DNA of 64,000 nucleotides from a virus. Below the pieces are notes generated by a model. It worked only from the letters and a program-made list of their open reading frames with translations, was not told the DNA's origin and ran no database searches. The position numbers were made by a program, and so were the translations under genes. Numbering within the stretch: position 1 is the stretch's first letter; each line of letters begins with the position of its first letter. Location: positions 32,001-96,000 of IMG/VR virus record IMGVR_UViG_3300009285_002342; one strand, written 5' to 3'. Positions 9,957-20,000 of this stretch are shown here, piece after piece.

Positions 9957-10463
9957 TTAGCGGTTTTTTTTGGAAACAAAATCAAGATATTTCGCGTAAA
10001 GATTGAAAAAAGCGTCTGCATCCATTACAACAACTTCTTTACCTCTACTCCGCTTCATAAACAGAAGCCAATCTGTATCCGGAAGTTGATTTTTCTTCGC
10101 TTGTTCTATCCAAGCAGGTACGGACCAAGATTCCTGACACTTGCACTCCACGGAGAACGGGAACATCTTCTTCGCTATACCGACGAGCTTCACGTCCGTG
10201 CCGCTTTGTCCCATTTCTCGGGACTGCACCAACTCATCTTTACCGCAAGGTATCCCCGTAATTTCGGAAATCTTACGTTCGGCGTAATGTTGTAGATTTC
10301 TGCCTTTCGATTTAGCGGAAGAAACTTGGATTCGAGGTTTAGTCCAGTATTGACACGCCTTCGCTTCTTTACGATTATCATAAGGACAAACTGGAATCGT
10401 CCGTACCTTACAGGTCAATCCTTCTTGATTTTTACAAAATTTTTTCTTCTTTCCCCTTATCAC
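9957..10463 (-). CDS. Holliday junction resolvase-like PD-(D/E)XK nuclease
   Basis: SAKSKGR, GTDV, SVECK, WIEQA. Confidence 0.75.
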   Translation of the reverse strand: MIRGKKKKFCKNQEGLTCKVRTIPVCPYDNRKEAKACQYWTKPRIQVSSAKSKGRNLQHYAERKISEITGIPCGKDELVQSREMGQSGTDVKLVGIAKKMFPFSVECKCQESWSVPAWIEQAKKNQLPDTDWLLFMKRSRGKEVVVMDADAFFNLYAKYLDFVSKKNR

Positions 10464-10464
10464 T

Positions 10465-11212
10465 TTAATTCACCGTAAAAGGTTTTGGTTCTTTTTTCGC
10501 CAATTCTTCTTCCATCTTCGCCATCATCTTTCTTAACGAAACTAAACTTTGCGCTGCATGTAGAATCGCATAAATTTCATCATCGTTAAAGTCAGTCGAA
10601 GTAAGTTTTTCTAAAACTTCTCCGGCAGCCTTCCCTATTTCTATAAATCGTAGTATTTTCATTTAAACCTCCAACACCTTACGCAGTTTTCTTCTTTAAT
10701 GTATCTCGTCGTAAACCGCTTTCCGTTCATTCTATCCGGTCGGCAAGCCTGTAAAATTCTAGCTTGAACCTTACGGCAATCTTCCCCGTTGGTATATATA
10801 GAAAAAGAATTACCAATTTCCATTTCATCGAACGGATAGATGTAAACATGTGGTCTGCCAAATTTCTTATCCGGAATAGGAAATCCGTATTCTATTTTTG
10901 GTTTCTTTGCCATTTTTATTATTCTCTCGCTTTCTTCAATCTTTCCCATGTCTGATTTGTCGGGTTCTTTTCCTCTACCCATTGCCCATCCCGGAAATCG
11001 ATCTTTCCTGCGTATACTTCCCCGGACTTTTCATAAGAAACGACTTCGCCTGGGCAGTCAGTCGTCAACCCTCCTTCGTAAGATTTACAAACCTTACAGA
11101 TTGTAAGTCCGCCATCACAAACGCTCCCTAAAAGAGGATGCTCTTCAACTTCAATTCCTCTTGCCCTAGCATCGGAAACAATATCTTCGAAAGTCCAATA
11201 TTGATGTTCCAT
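10465..11212 (-). CDS. three small hypothetical ORFs (10465-10662, 10659-~10913 small DNA-binding-like, 10919-11212)
   Basis: YPFDEMEIGNSF...RCWR in the middle ORF; operon packing. Confidence 0.55.
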
Positions 11213-11217
11213 TTTTG

Positions 11218-12312
11218 TTATTCCTCAAATCTTGGGCTACGGAAAACTTTAGTGTTTTGCTCAATTTCGTTCCAATACGCTTCAACTGTATCCACTAACA
11301 ATTCGTAGATTTCATCGTTTTCATCTGCTTCGGAGATAAGTTCTTCACGAGTAACCCTACGGCCGAAAGTATCTTTAAACGCCTTCTGAATTCTTTCGGC
11401 AGACAAAAAGTCTACCATCCCCCCTATATCGTCTATTCCGTAATCAAAAAGAATATTAAATTCCACTTCACGAAATGGTAAAGCGGTCTTATTTCGTTTA
11501 AATCTCGCTTTAACTTTTACGCCATAAGCCCTGCTTTTTTCCTCGTACTTATTCGAAAGTTTACCGATTTGTGCTAACCAAGGGACTTGATGGGTGTAGA
11601 AGTCTAAAGCCTTTCCGCCACTTCGATAGTATTTCTCTCCGAAAGCCATGGCATCAATTTTTTCCCTTACTTGCGAAATCAAAATCAAAGTAGCGTCTTT
11701 ATCTTGCATTTCTAAGCAAAGTCTTGTAAAAAAAGAAGCGGAAAGAAACTTTGCTTTACCTGTACCATAAGAACCATCTAATGGTTTATCGGTTCTTATG
11801 GACTTTTCTAATCTTTCCTTTCCTTCTTCGGAATCCATAGAGTCAAGACTATCAGCTACGCCTATGAAAAATTCTCCCGGTCTTAAAGCTGAAACACTTC
11901 GTAGAACATCTCTCCCCCATTGTTCCACTGTTTCGCACTTATCGCTCCACTCTACGGCGTCTACGAATTTTTGTTTGTACATCGCCTCTAAAGGGAAATC
12001 CATAACGATTTCCCGATTCCAGTATTTAAATATTCTAGTTTCCGGTTTTTTAAAAATAGTAGATTCAAGAGTAGGATGATAATAGGCTTGCGCTAATGCT
12101 TCGATTGCTGAAAGGCTTTTGCCTGAACTTCCGTCCCCAACGATATTAATAATTCTACCTCTAGCCCAACCTCCATTTCTCGCTTTTTGCGAAGCTGCTA
12201 GATTGAGAAGAATGGAACCAGTGTTAAGAAAATCCACCCTTTCTTTTTCGATTACTGTTTCGGATCTTCTACGGACTTGTTCTGATATTTTTTCTTCGCG
12301 GATAAAACTCAT
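11218..12312 (-). CDS. recA: RecA/UvsX-like recombinase
   Basis: TGS..LN, GRII.I.GDGSSGKS Walker A, DSL, ISQVREKI, SGGKALDFY. Confidence 0.9.
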   Translation of the reverse strand: MSFIREEKISEQVRRRSETVIEKERVDFLNTGSILLNLAASQKARNGGWARGRIINIVGDGSSGKSLSAIEALAQAYYHPTLESTIFKKPETRIFKYWNREIVMDFPLEAMYKQKFVDAVEWSDKCETVEQWGRDVLRSVSALRPGEFFIGVADSLDSMDSEEGKERLEKSIRTDKPLDGSYGTGKAKFLSASFFTRLCLEMQDKDATLILISQVREKIDAMAFGEKYYRSGGKALDFYTHQVPWLAQIGKLSNKYEEKSRAYGVKVKARFKRNKTALPFREVEFNILFDYGIDDIGGMVDFLSAERIQKAFKDTFGRRVTREELISEADENDEIYELLVDTVEAYWNEIEQNTKVFRSPRFEE

Positions 12313-12545
12313 TCTGTTTCTTCCTCCATTATCTCTTTAATAAATTTAACTAGTTTTTCCCTGTCTACACCCCACCTTCCCCCGATCCTCTTCCCCAAAC
12401 CGTATTTTTCGATCCAGGTATAGACGGTCTGTATCGATCTTTCGATTCCGCTTTCTAGAATAAGATCGTGCGCTTCTTGCGGAGTAATATATTTAGATGG
12501 TTCAGGAATTTTCTTTACACTATTTTCTGACTTCAAGATCAACAT
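12309..12545 (-). CDS. excisionase/MerR-like HTH DNA-binding protein
   Basis: ITPQEA...TVYTWI...KRIGGRW. Confidence 0.7.
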   Translation of the reverse strand: MLILKSENSVKKIPEPSKYITPQEAHDLILESGIERSIQTVYTWIEKYGLGKRIGGRWGVDREKLVKFIKEIMEEETE

Positions 12546-12573
12546 TTTATTTATCCTCTCTGTATTTTTTGAT

Positions 12574-12697
12574 TGGGCAAAGGGCAGGATTGATTACCTG
12601 CACGTTGAGGGTTGAGTATATGGGCTGTTCCGGGCTCCGTTATCTCCTAACTCAACAAGGACCGGCATCCCATGCGTCTAATTCCGCCACCTTGCCC
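12574..12697 (-). ncRNA. tRNA-Leu-like RNA with expanded anticodon arm
   Basis: GGGCAAGG/CTTTGCCC acceptor-like stem, TGGCGGAATTAGACGC D-arm, GCAGG-TAATCAAT-CCTGC T-like arm, ~70-nt insert. Confidence 0.55.
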
Positions 12698-12708
12698 GTA
12701 GAAAGTTG

Positions 12709-12981
12709 TCAAATTAATGCTTGCCGGAGTTGACATACCGATTCTTCGATTCTATCTGCAAAAGTAGATAGAAAACCTGGCAATTCGTTAAGAAACTTTT
12801 CTAACGGAATCGTCGATGTTCCTGCAACTTCAACTCCTTTAACCGCTTCAATCGTAGAACCAACTTTTACCTCTTCCACAAGAGACTGAAGAAGGCAAAT
12901 TCTTCTTTCGAGATTATCTAAAGAATATAAGGCTTCCGATACCTTCGTCTGTTTTTTAACTATTGCTTGCTCTTGTAACAT
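12709..12981 (-). CDS. hypothetical protein
   Basis: ORF with AGGAG SD, between structured RNAs. Confidence 0.6.
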   Translation of the reverse strand: MLQEQAIVKKQTKVSEALYSLDNLERRICLLQSLVEEVKVGSTIEAVKGVEVAGTSTIPLEKFLNELPGFLSTFADRIEESVCQLRQALI

Positions 12982-13006
12982 TTTATAAATCTCCTTTCTT
13001 ATTGAT

Positions 13007-13096
13007 TGAGCCGGGGCACAAACCGGTTCCTAATATCGTAATCGATAAGTGGATAATGTGCGTATTCGGTCGGCAATTTTCTTGCCCACCGGCCCA
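13007..13096 (-). ncRNA. putative small structured RNA
   Basis: Closing stem TGGGCCGG/CCGGCTCA and hairpin GGCAA-GAAAA-TTGCC, directly 3' of tRNA-Ile. Confidence 0.4.
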
Positions 13097-13102
13097 TATA
13101 AG

Positions 13103-13174
13103 TTGTCCCGAATGGATTTGAACCATCGATCTTCGGATTATCGATCCGCTGCTCTACCGCTGAGCTACGGGACA
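13103..13174 (-). tRNA. tRNA-Ile(GAT), no encoded CCA, atypical C33
   Basis: TGTCCCG TA GCTC AGCGGTA GAGC A GCGGA TCGATAA TCCGA AGATC GATGG TTCAAAT CCATT CGGGACA A. Confidence 0.88.
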
Positions 13175-13182
13175 ATTTGAAT

Positions 13183-14367
13183 TTACCGCCTTCGAGTCCT
13201 ACCGGAAGAAGTTTCGGTAGTTTTCATTTCTTCCGGTTTCGATCTAATCCGACTTTCCGATTTTACTTCCGAAGTTCCGGTATCCTGCGCCAATTCCCTT
13301 TTTCCTTGCGAAGCCTTTAGGCACGCTTCGTAAACTTTCTGGTTACAAGCCTCATCCTTACAAGCCTGAATCTGGTTACAGTCCTTTCCGAAAGTTCCTC
13401 CTGCCGGGCACTGTCCCCATTCCCCATCTTTATCGAAAGGAGGAGCATCCGGCGGCGGTCCTTCGCTTCTTCCTCGACTTCTTGAAGGCGGCTCTTCAAC
13501 CTTTTCCTTTTCCGATTCGGTAGACCTTCCCCTACTTCGAACTTCGGAAGGTGAAGATTTTCTTTCTTCGGAAACAGGCGCTGCACAAGATGCCGTTTCT
13601 TCTTTTCCGCCGAAATACGCTTCGTGAATATCTTCGTAGGAAGAAATAATCAATGCTGCATCTAAGGATGGAATTTGATCCAGAACGTCTTCTTTATAAG
13701 GATCGCGATTCACAAATTCAATATCGCCGTGCAATTCCTTATAAGTGGCTTTATCGCTACCGGCTACCGCTTCTTCCCGCATCTTAAATTCCAACGTAAA
13801 GCCTTCAGCTAAATCCCAAAAAATCTTCATTTCCTGATAAATCTGTTCTAGAAGATATTTCTCGAAATTCGCATAGGCCATATTCCAAAGCTGAAATCCC
13901 TTTTCCGCATCGTAATAATCGTAGATTATATACGCATTACGCCAGGAAGTCTGTAAGTCGCGAGCTTTCTTTTCGTTAAAATTAGAACCCGGAACCTTCC
14001 GCTTGCCCCACTCCGCAAACATCTCTTCGCAAATCGAATCGTTCGCCCTTCCGAAGGCTTCCCTAGGACAAAGGAACCGCCCTGCGCGGATCTTATGTAC
14101 CGGATACTCAAGTTTATAATCGCGCATCCCTACTTCCAGATTCGTACATTCCCCGGCCCTGGTTCGTAAAGTAGGATACCAGCTTTGCGTCACACGATAG
14201 GGCATAATATCTATCGCATTCTTTTCCCTACCTGTCTTAGGGGTCCATTCCGGAAGATTGATTTTCGAAAGATCCAAAGCTGTTTGCCTACTACCTCCCA
14301 GGTTCCGCGCTTCGCGGTTATCGGCAGCCCTTCTAACCCTATTCTTTAAAGCTTCTTTCCAGTCCAT
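13183..14367 (-). CDS. gp32-like single-stranded DNA-binding protein (probable)
   Basis: Conserved-looking N-domain (VH...FLCP...C), long disordered tail with Cys cluster; position beside UvsY-like and RecA genes. Confidence 0.6.
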   Translation of the reverse strand: MDWKEALKNRVRRAADNREARNLGGSRQTALDLSKINLPEWTPKTGREKNAIDIMPYRVTQSWYPTLRTRAGECTNLEVGMRDYKLEYPVHKIRAGRFLCPREAFGRANDSICEEMFAEWGKRKVPGSNFNEKKARDLQTSWRNAYIIYDYYDAEKGFQLWNMAYANFEKYLLEQIYQEMKIFWDLAEGFTLEFKMREEAVAGSDKATYKELHGDIEFVNRDPYKEDVLDQIPSLDAALIISSYEDIHEAYFGGKEETASCAAPVSEERKSSPSEVRSRGRSTESEKEKVEEPPSRSRGRSEGPPPDAPPFDKDGEWGQCPAGGTFGKDCNQIQACKDEACNQKVYEACLKASQGKRELAQDTGTSEVKSESRIRSKPEEMKTTETSSGRTRRR

Positions 14368-14940
14368 TTATTCCCCTCTCTTTCTTTTATTTCCTTCTTC
14401 ACGAAGTCTAGCGGAAACTTCCCCCAACCTTTCGTTCTCTACAGGATACACTTTAGCGTTTAGGTCTTTAAGTTGAAAGTATCCACGCGCCCAAAGTAAC
14501 GCCTCGTTCTCTAAAGACTTCGAACGCTGATCCCCGATAGCTTTTAAGGCATGATGTGCCATACCTACTTCGTAATCAGCGTCGATCAATTTCTTTTCCA
14601 ATTCAAATAATCTCGAACCTGCCTTTAGGCAACCTTCGTCTTTCTTAGACCAAATTAAAGAAACTGCAGAATACCATGATTCTTTTAGATCAGGTTCCCC
14701 GCTTTTCTTCAAAGGAGGATTATATTTTTCGGGATGTTCACGGATATCGTTTTCCAACTTCGCCTTCGCTATTGCTAAGTCTTCCTTCGCTACCGCGATT
14801 TTTTCCTTTAGGATATCCCTTTCCTTTTCCAGACCCTTCGCGACCTTCGCGTAATCCATATAAAGTTGCGGTTGTCGTTGAAATTCTATATGGAGGCAGT
14901 TAAGATCTGGATTCATATCTTTTTCGTAATCTATCGCCAT
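14368..14940 (-). CDS. UvsY-like recombination mediator (probable)
   Basis: L..E...QP.LY..Y helical pattern, ends W..GYF; synteny. Confidence 0.55.
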   Translation of the reverse strand: MAIDYEKDMNPDLNCLHIEFQRQPQLYMDYAKVAKGLEKERDILKEKIAVAKEDLAIAKAKLENDIREHPEKYNPPLKKSGEPDLKESWYSAVSLIWSKKDEGCLKAGSRLFELEKKLIDADYEVGMAHHALKAIGDQRSKSLENEALLWARGYFQLKDLNAKVYPVENERLGEVSARLREEGNKRKRGE

Positions 14941-15413
14941 TATTTCTCCTTCCAGTCATTTTCAACAATTAAATCCGTATCGTCGCTAAGGTAGGCAATT
15001 CCCATAGGTTCATCAATTATTTCCTGCGGATCGATATCGTTTTCCTTAGCTATAGCCATTTTCCACTTACTACAAGCTTCGCCGTAATCTTTAGCGATAA
15101 CGTAAGCTGGACGTTCGTTATCTTGAACATGAAAAAGCGGCATTTAAAACCTCCTACTTCTTGTTCTGGATTCGGGGAAAACTTCCTTCTTTCCATAAAG
15201 ATCGTCCGGCTTACTTCTTACCCTTTCCCCTTCGGCGATAACGTCCGCTATAACTTTCCGCATAATTTCTAAGCGAATTTCGTCCCGATTATCTCCCGGC
15301 ACTACCGTTCTGCTTTCGCCGGAAGAAATCTTCACGTTCTCATAGTTACCTAAGTTTATCGTCGCTTCCGCCCCTGCCCAGACTTTATCTTCATTATTCA
15401 ATTTGTTAACCAT
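14940..15413 (-). CDS. two small hypothetical ORFs (14940-15143; 15144-15413 with TINLGNYENVKI motif)
   Basis: Operon behind the 15437 promoter. Confidence 0.6.
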
Positions 15414-15436
15414 ATTTTTTATTCCTTTCTTATTTA

Positions 15437-15465
15437 ATTATAACCAAAAAATTAAATATTTTAAA
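15437..15465 (-). promoter_or_regulatory. promoter, class II (TTTAAA-N17-TATAAT)
   Basis: Exact 17-bp spacing; repeated architecture. Confidence 0.75.
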
Positions 15466-15475
15466 GAAAAAAAGT

Positions 15476-16411
15476 TTACGCCGATAATTCAAGAAAAGCA
15501 CGGTAAACCGCAAAAATAAAACCAGATTTTCGATTATTAAAAAAAGGTTCCTTAAAGCAATCGTAGATTAGCATCGCGGAAGCGTCTTCCCCTTTCATCA
15601 TCTTCGAAGCTGCCAATCCGATTATCCCGCACCGGATACTTTCGTGATTCGAAAGATCCATAGCAGAAAGGATTTTTACTATCCCTTTCCAACTTTCCTT
15701 TTTTGTTAAAGCGTCAAATAGATCCGCTGTATCTTTATTTTCTTTCGTTACTAAACCGAAGATAGCAGATTTCATATCTTCCGGTTCCATATCAATAATC
15801 TTATCCAAAATTTCCAAAGCGGTCCTAGGATGACCTTCCGCTGCGTCTATAATTTCCGTCATTACGTCTTTCGGAGGCCAATATTTTTCTTCTATCTTTT
15901 CCGATCTTAGAATTGATTCTATCAATCCTTTCATATCTTTATCGGTTAAAGGTTTTACTTCAAATTTAGTAAGGCGACTAAAAAGGGCAGAATCTAATTT
16001 ATCGGGTCTTGTAGTACAAAAGATAAAATAGGCGTGCTTCGGACACCCTTCTTCTAACGTCGTAAGAATAGAATTTTGAAAGGCATCGGTGGTCTTGTGC
16101 GCTTCTTCGATTAAATAAACCCTTGCCTTTCCTTTCGGTTTAAACTTCATTCCTTCCATTACCATTCGCGCCGTAGCGATTCCGTTATCATTCGCTGCAT
16201 TAATTTCCAAAAAATCTTTTCCTACCGGTCCTAGAAAATTAGCGACTATTTTAGCCAAAGTCGTTTTTCCTGATCCGAAAGCCCCATAGAAGCACCAAGC
16301 GTGCGGAAAGTCTGACTCACGATTAAAAATTGATTTGATGCTTTTTACTAAACCATCTTGCCCGATAACTTCATCCAAGGTCTTCGGCCTATAATCAATC
16401 GCTAATGTCAT
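15476..16411 (-). CDS. dnaX: clamp loader, DNA polymerase III gamma/tau-like
   Basis: YRPKTLDEVIGQ, GAFGSGKTT, EINAA, IEEAH, SRL, GHPR. Confidence 0.9.
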   Translation of the reverse strand: MTLAIDYRPKTLDEVIGQDGLVKSIKSIFNRESDFPHAWCFYGAFGSGKTTLAKIVANFLGPVGKDFLEINAANDNGIATARMVMEGMKFKPKGKARVYLIEEAHKTTDAFQNSILTTLEEGCPKHAYFIFCTTRPDKLDSALFSRLTKFEVKPLTDKDMKGLIESILRSEKIEEKYWPPKDVMTEIIDAAEGHPRTALEILDKIIDMEPEDMKSAIFGLVTKENKDTADLFDALTKKESWKGIVKILSAMDLSNHESIRCGIIGLAASKMMKGEDASAMLIYDCFKEPFFNNRKSGFIFAVYRAFLELSA

Positions 16412-17023
16412 TATACACTCCTTCCGTTTTTTAATGTTTCGTTAAGAAGATTAAGAACTCTTTGTTCGTTATATTCCTTGCCTTCTTTTATTAGAAACTT
16501 CCAATGTTTACTACCGCAACAACAATCGCCGAATAAGAAAACACAACCGCAATCCATACACTTTTTTAGATCGGTAACTTTAGGCTTTTTTGCCATCCTA
16601 AATCCCCTTTTCTTCTATAAGCCAAGTTGGGATAGAAACAGTTATATCGTCGCCTTTCTCATAATCCATATCTTCATAGTTAATTTGTGATTTCGGAAGC
16701 CATATCGCATCATCCTCATCCCAATCTACCGGAAGGAAGAGAATTGCTTTTTCGGTTTTGTGTAGAAAATAACCGGAAAATTCTTCTGTTTCTTGTTCTC
16801 TCATTTCGTATTCTCCTCTTTATAATTTTGGTTCCATAATCCCTTCTTCATGCATTTTTTCGAAAAACTTAAAAAGATTTAACAAAAATTTATCATTATC
16901 GTTAACTTTTATATCCCATTGATTAAACAGAAAATCCAACAAATTTGATTCTGGATTTCCAAATTCACCAGATTCCATATAATCAAAACAACTTCCGTAT
17001 TTTTCTTCATATTTAAAACACAT
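16411..17023 (-). CDS. three small hypothetical ORFs (16411-16596, 16598-16804 WLPKSQI-type, 16820-17023)
   Basis: Operon packing. Confidence 0.55.
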
Positions 17024-20000
17024 TATTTCGCATTCTCCTTAAATATTTTAGCGAAAATCGCTATCCCCGTTCGAAACTTTTCTAAATTCTCATTCCGATT
17101 CCGCAAGACCCAAGAAGGATGCCCGCACCAGACTACGTGAGCATTTACCTTTTCTACAAATTCAACTTCCCCTATTAATTTCGTTATTCCTTTTTCCCTG
17201 CCGGTTAGAGCGTAAAGGGCTACGCCGCCGGTAGCTAAAATCAACTTACAATTCATACTACGGATAAACGGAATTACCCATTTATTGAAACAGATATCGG
17301 TTTCTTCGCGGGAAGGAGTTCGGGTTTTCGACGGAAAGCACATAGCGCAATTAGCAACATGCACCTGTCTTCTCGTTATTCCGTGTATCGCTAATTCATC
17401 CCAAAGTAGATTACCGGAATCTCCTACATAACCGACGCCTTGTTCATTTTCGGTAGAATTGTGAACAAAAATACCGTTAACTGCAAAATTATGATATTTT
17501 TCAACTTCCATATCGTAAACATCTTCAACTCCTATACATTCAACAGCAACAATCTTATGATTATCGTCTATAGGTATTTCTTCATCCGGAAATCTTTTTT
17601 TAAACAATTCCTTTATTCTTTCATCCGTAATATTGAAAAAGGAACTATTTTTTCTTCCCATTAAATAATTCCAATAATAATTAGGATCTGTTTGAAATTT
17701 TTTCTTTAAAGTTTTGGCCATTTTCTTTTTACTTTTAGAAATTTGCTCAAGCCTTTCTGCATATATCTTTGGGTCTTTAAGCACTTGGCTCATTTTGCGA
17801 CTCAGCTTTCTTCTGTAATTTAAAGAAGTCATAATTTTAGAATGTTTTTCTCTATGTTTTTCATTAAACATAGGATTATTCAAGATTATATGATATTTTG
17901 CGTGATCGGCTACAGAAAGTGACTCTAAATTGTCAAAACTATCGTTATATCTATTCTCATCTATATGATGACAATCTTCTTTATCTTCTAATTTTCTCCC
18001 TAATTTTTGTTCTAATAAAAATCGAGATTCTATAAACATTTCAGTATTAAATGCGCCAATATCATTATATCGATAACTATGGCGATGAAAAGGTTGCAAA
18101 CTATGCCCAATAGTTAACCCGTCCTTTATAGACAAATAATCAACAGTTTCTTGTTTTCCTTTAAACGGATCTTTTTTATTAATAGAATATCTTAATAGAA
18201 ATGGATGATTTTCTGTAACGTTTATCGAACTGGTTTTTCTGATTCTTTCTTTTCCATTAGCAAAATACCATTCATAAGTAACTTTATATACTTTTTTCCT
18301 ACCTGTTTTCCAAACCCTATTGACTTTTCCTAAAACTAATTTTTTGTTTTCTGTATCAAGCGAATAAACATAAAAATCTTTTTGCCCAACTAAATCTTTA
18401 ATAGGAATCCCCGTTAAAGATTTGGATTTATCTCTAAACGCTGTATCTATCAAAGAATCCCCGGTAATACACCCCGGTGCCTCCGCAAGGATCAAAGCGT
18501 TATAGTTTCCGATAGACGGAAGTACAACTCTTGTCGCTTGTTTTCTTAAACCGCAAAGTTCACATTCTTTCGCTTCCGGAACTATTCCGATTTTCTTTAT
18601 GACCGGCAATTTTATTGATTTTCGAGAAACAGAAAATTGAAAATACTTGTTCCAATCCTCCGGTCCTGATTCCGGAATCGTATCGAACGCTTTTATTTCT
18701 TCCATTAACTGCTCTATCTTAGTGGTTCCTACGGCTTGCCTTTTAAAGAAACCTTTCGCTAATCTTTTTGGTTTCATTAATGCACATTTAGCGGCGGCAG
18801 TTTCCCCTATTCCTTTGATTTCAGAAAATGGCGCATAAAGATCGTTTCCTTTTATTTTCCATTTCTTCGTATCGGATATTCCTATCTTAGGCGATACAAT
18901 ACGGAAGCCTTTCTTTTCCGCTTCCGATATCGTCGCGTCTTTATCTTCGCCATAGGTTAAAGTAGCGCAAAGAAATTCTTTCGGATGATTACATTTAAGA
19001 TAGGCGGTTTGATATGCTAATAAGCCGTAACTCGTAGCGTGCGCTGCATTAAATCCGTACATAGCCCATCCCAAAAGATCTTGCCAAAACTTTTCGGCCT
19101 GTCTTTCATTTAAAGTTTTTAACTTCTTACAGCCTTCAAAAAAGGAAATTCTATATGGTTCAAATTCTTTCGGATCGCGCTTCTTGCCGATAACCTTTAA
19201 AACATTATAACCATCGGTAGCAGAAAAACCCGCTAAGTCAATCATAGACCGCATCATTTGTTCCTGATAGGCCATTACGCCATAGGTTGATTTTGTAATT
19301 TCTTCGTACTTCGGATGTAGCGGAATCCATTCCTCGCCATGTTTTCGCTTAACATATAAATCGGCCATTCCCGATTCTAACGGCCCGGGCCTAGCTAAAG
19401 CGCCGATAGCTACAATATCGTTAAATTCATCGGGTTTCATTTCTTTACATAATTTTTTACAGGCATAACCAGACATTTGAAATATTCCGGCGGTATCGCC
19501 TTCCGAAAGCATTTTATAAACCTTCGGATCGTCTAACGGAATATTCTCAATATCCAAATTATCTATTATCTTAACCGCTTCGTCTATAACGACTACGGTA
19601 CTTAGTTTTAAAACGTCAATTTTTACCAGTCCCGCGTGTTCATCGCAATCCACCATATCCCAGTTTATTACAATATTATCGCTACGGCGAACTAAATTGC
19701 CCCTCGTCCCGTCCCTTAGATCTTCTCCGGAAATTATCAATCCTGCTGGATGTCTTCCACTCGAACGGCATTGTCCTTCTAATTCGCAAGCTAAACGGAG
19801 TTGATCTGGATATCGTACTGCAAACTTTCGCCCCTCTCTTGTACTCTCTGCTGCCGCTTTTATAAGTCCGGTAGCATGTCCTTTCCCCTCTATGTTTTTA
19901 GCAAATTCGTCTATATCATTTTCATCTAACTCAAAGACACGGCCTACGTCTCTAACAGAAGAACGACTTTTCATCCTCATAAACGTACTAATTCCTACGA

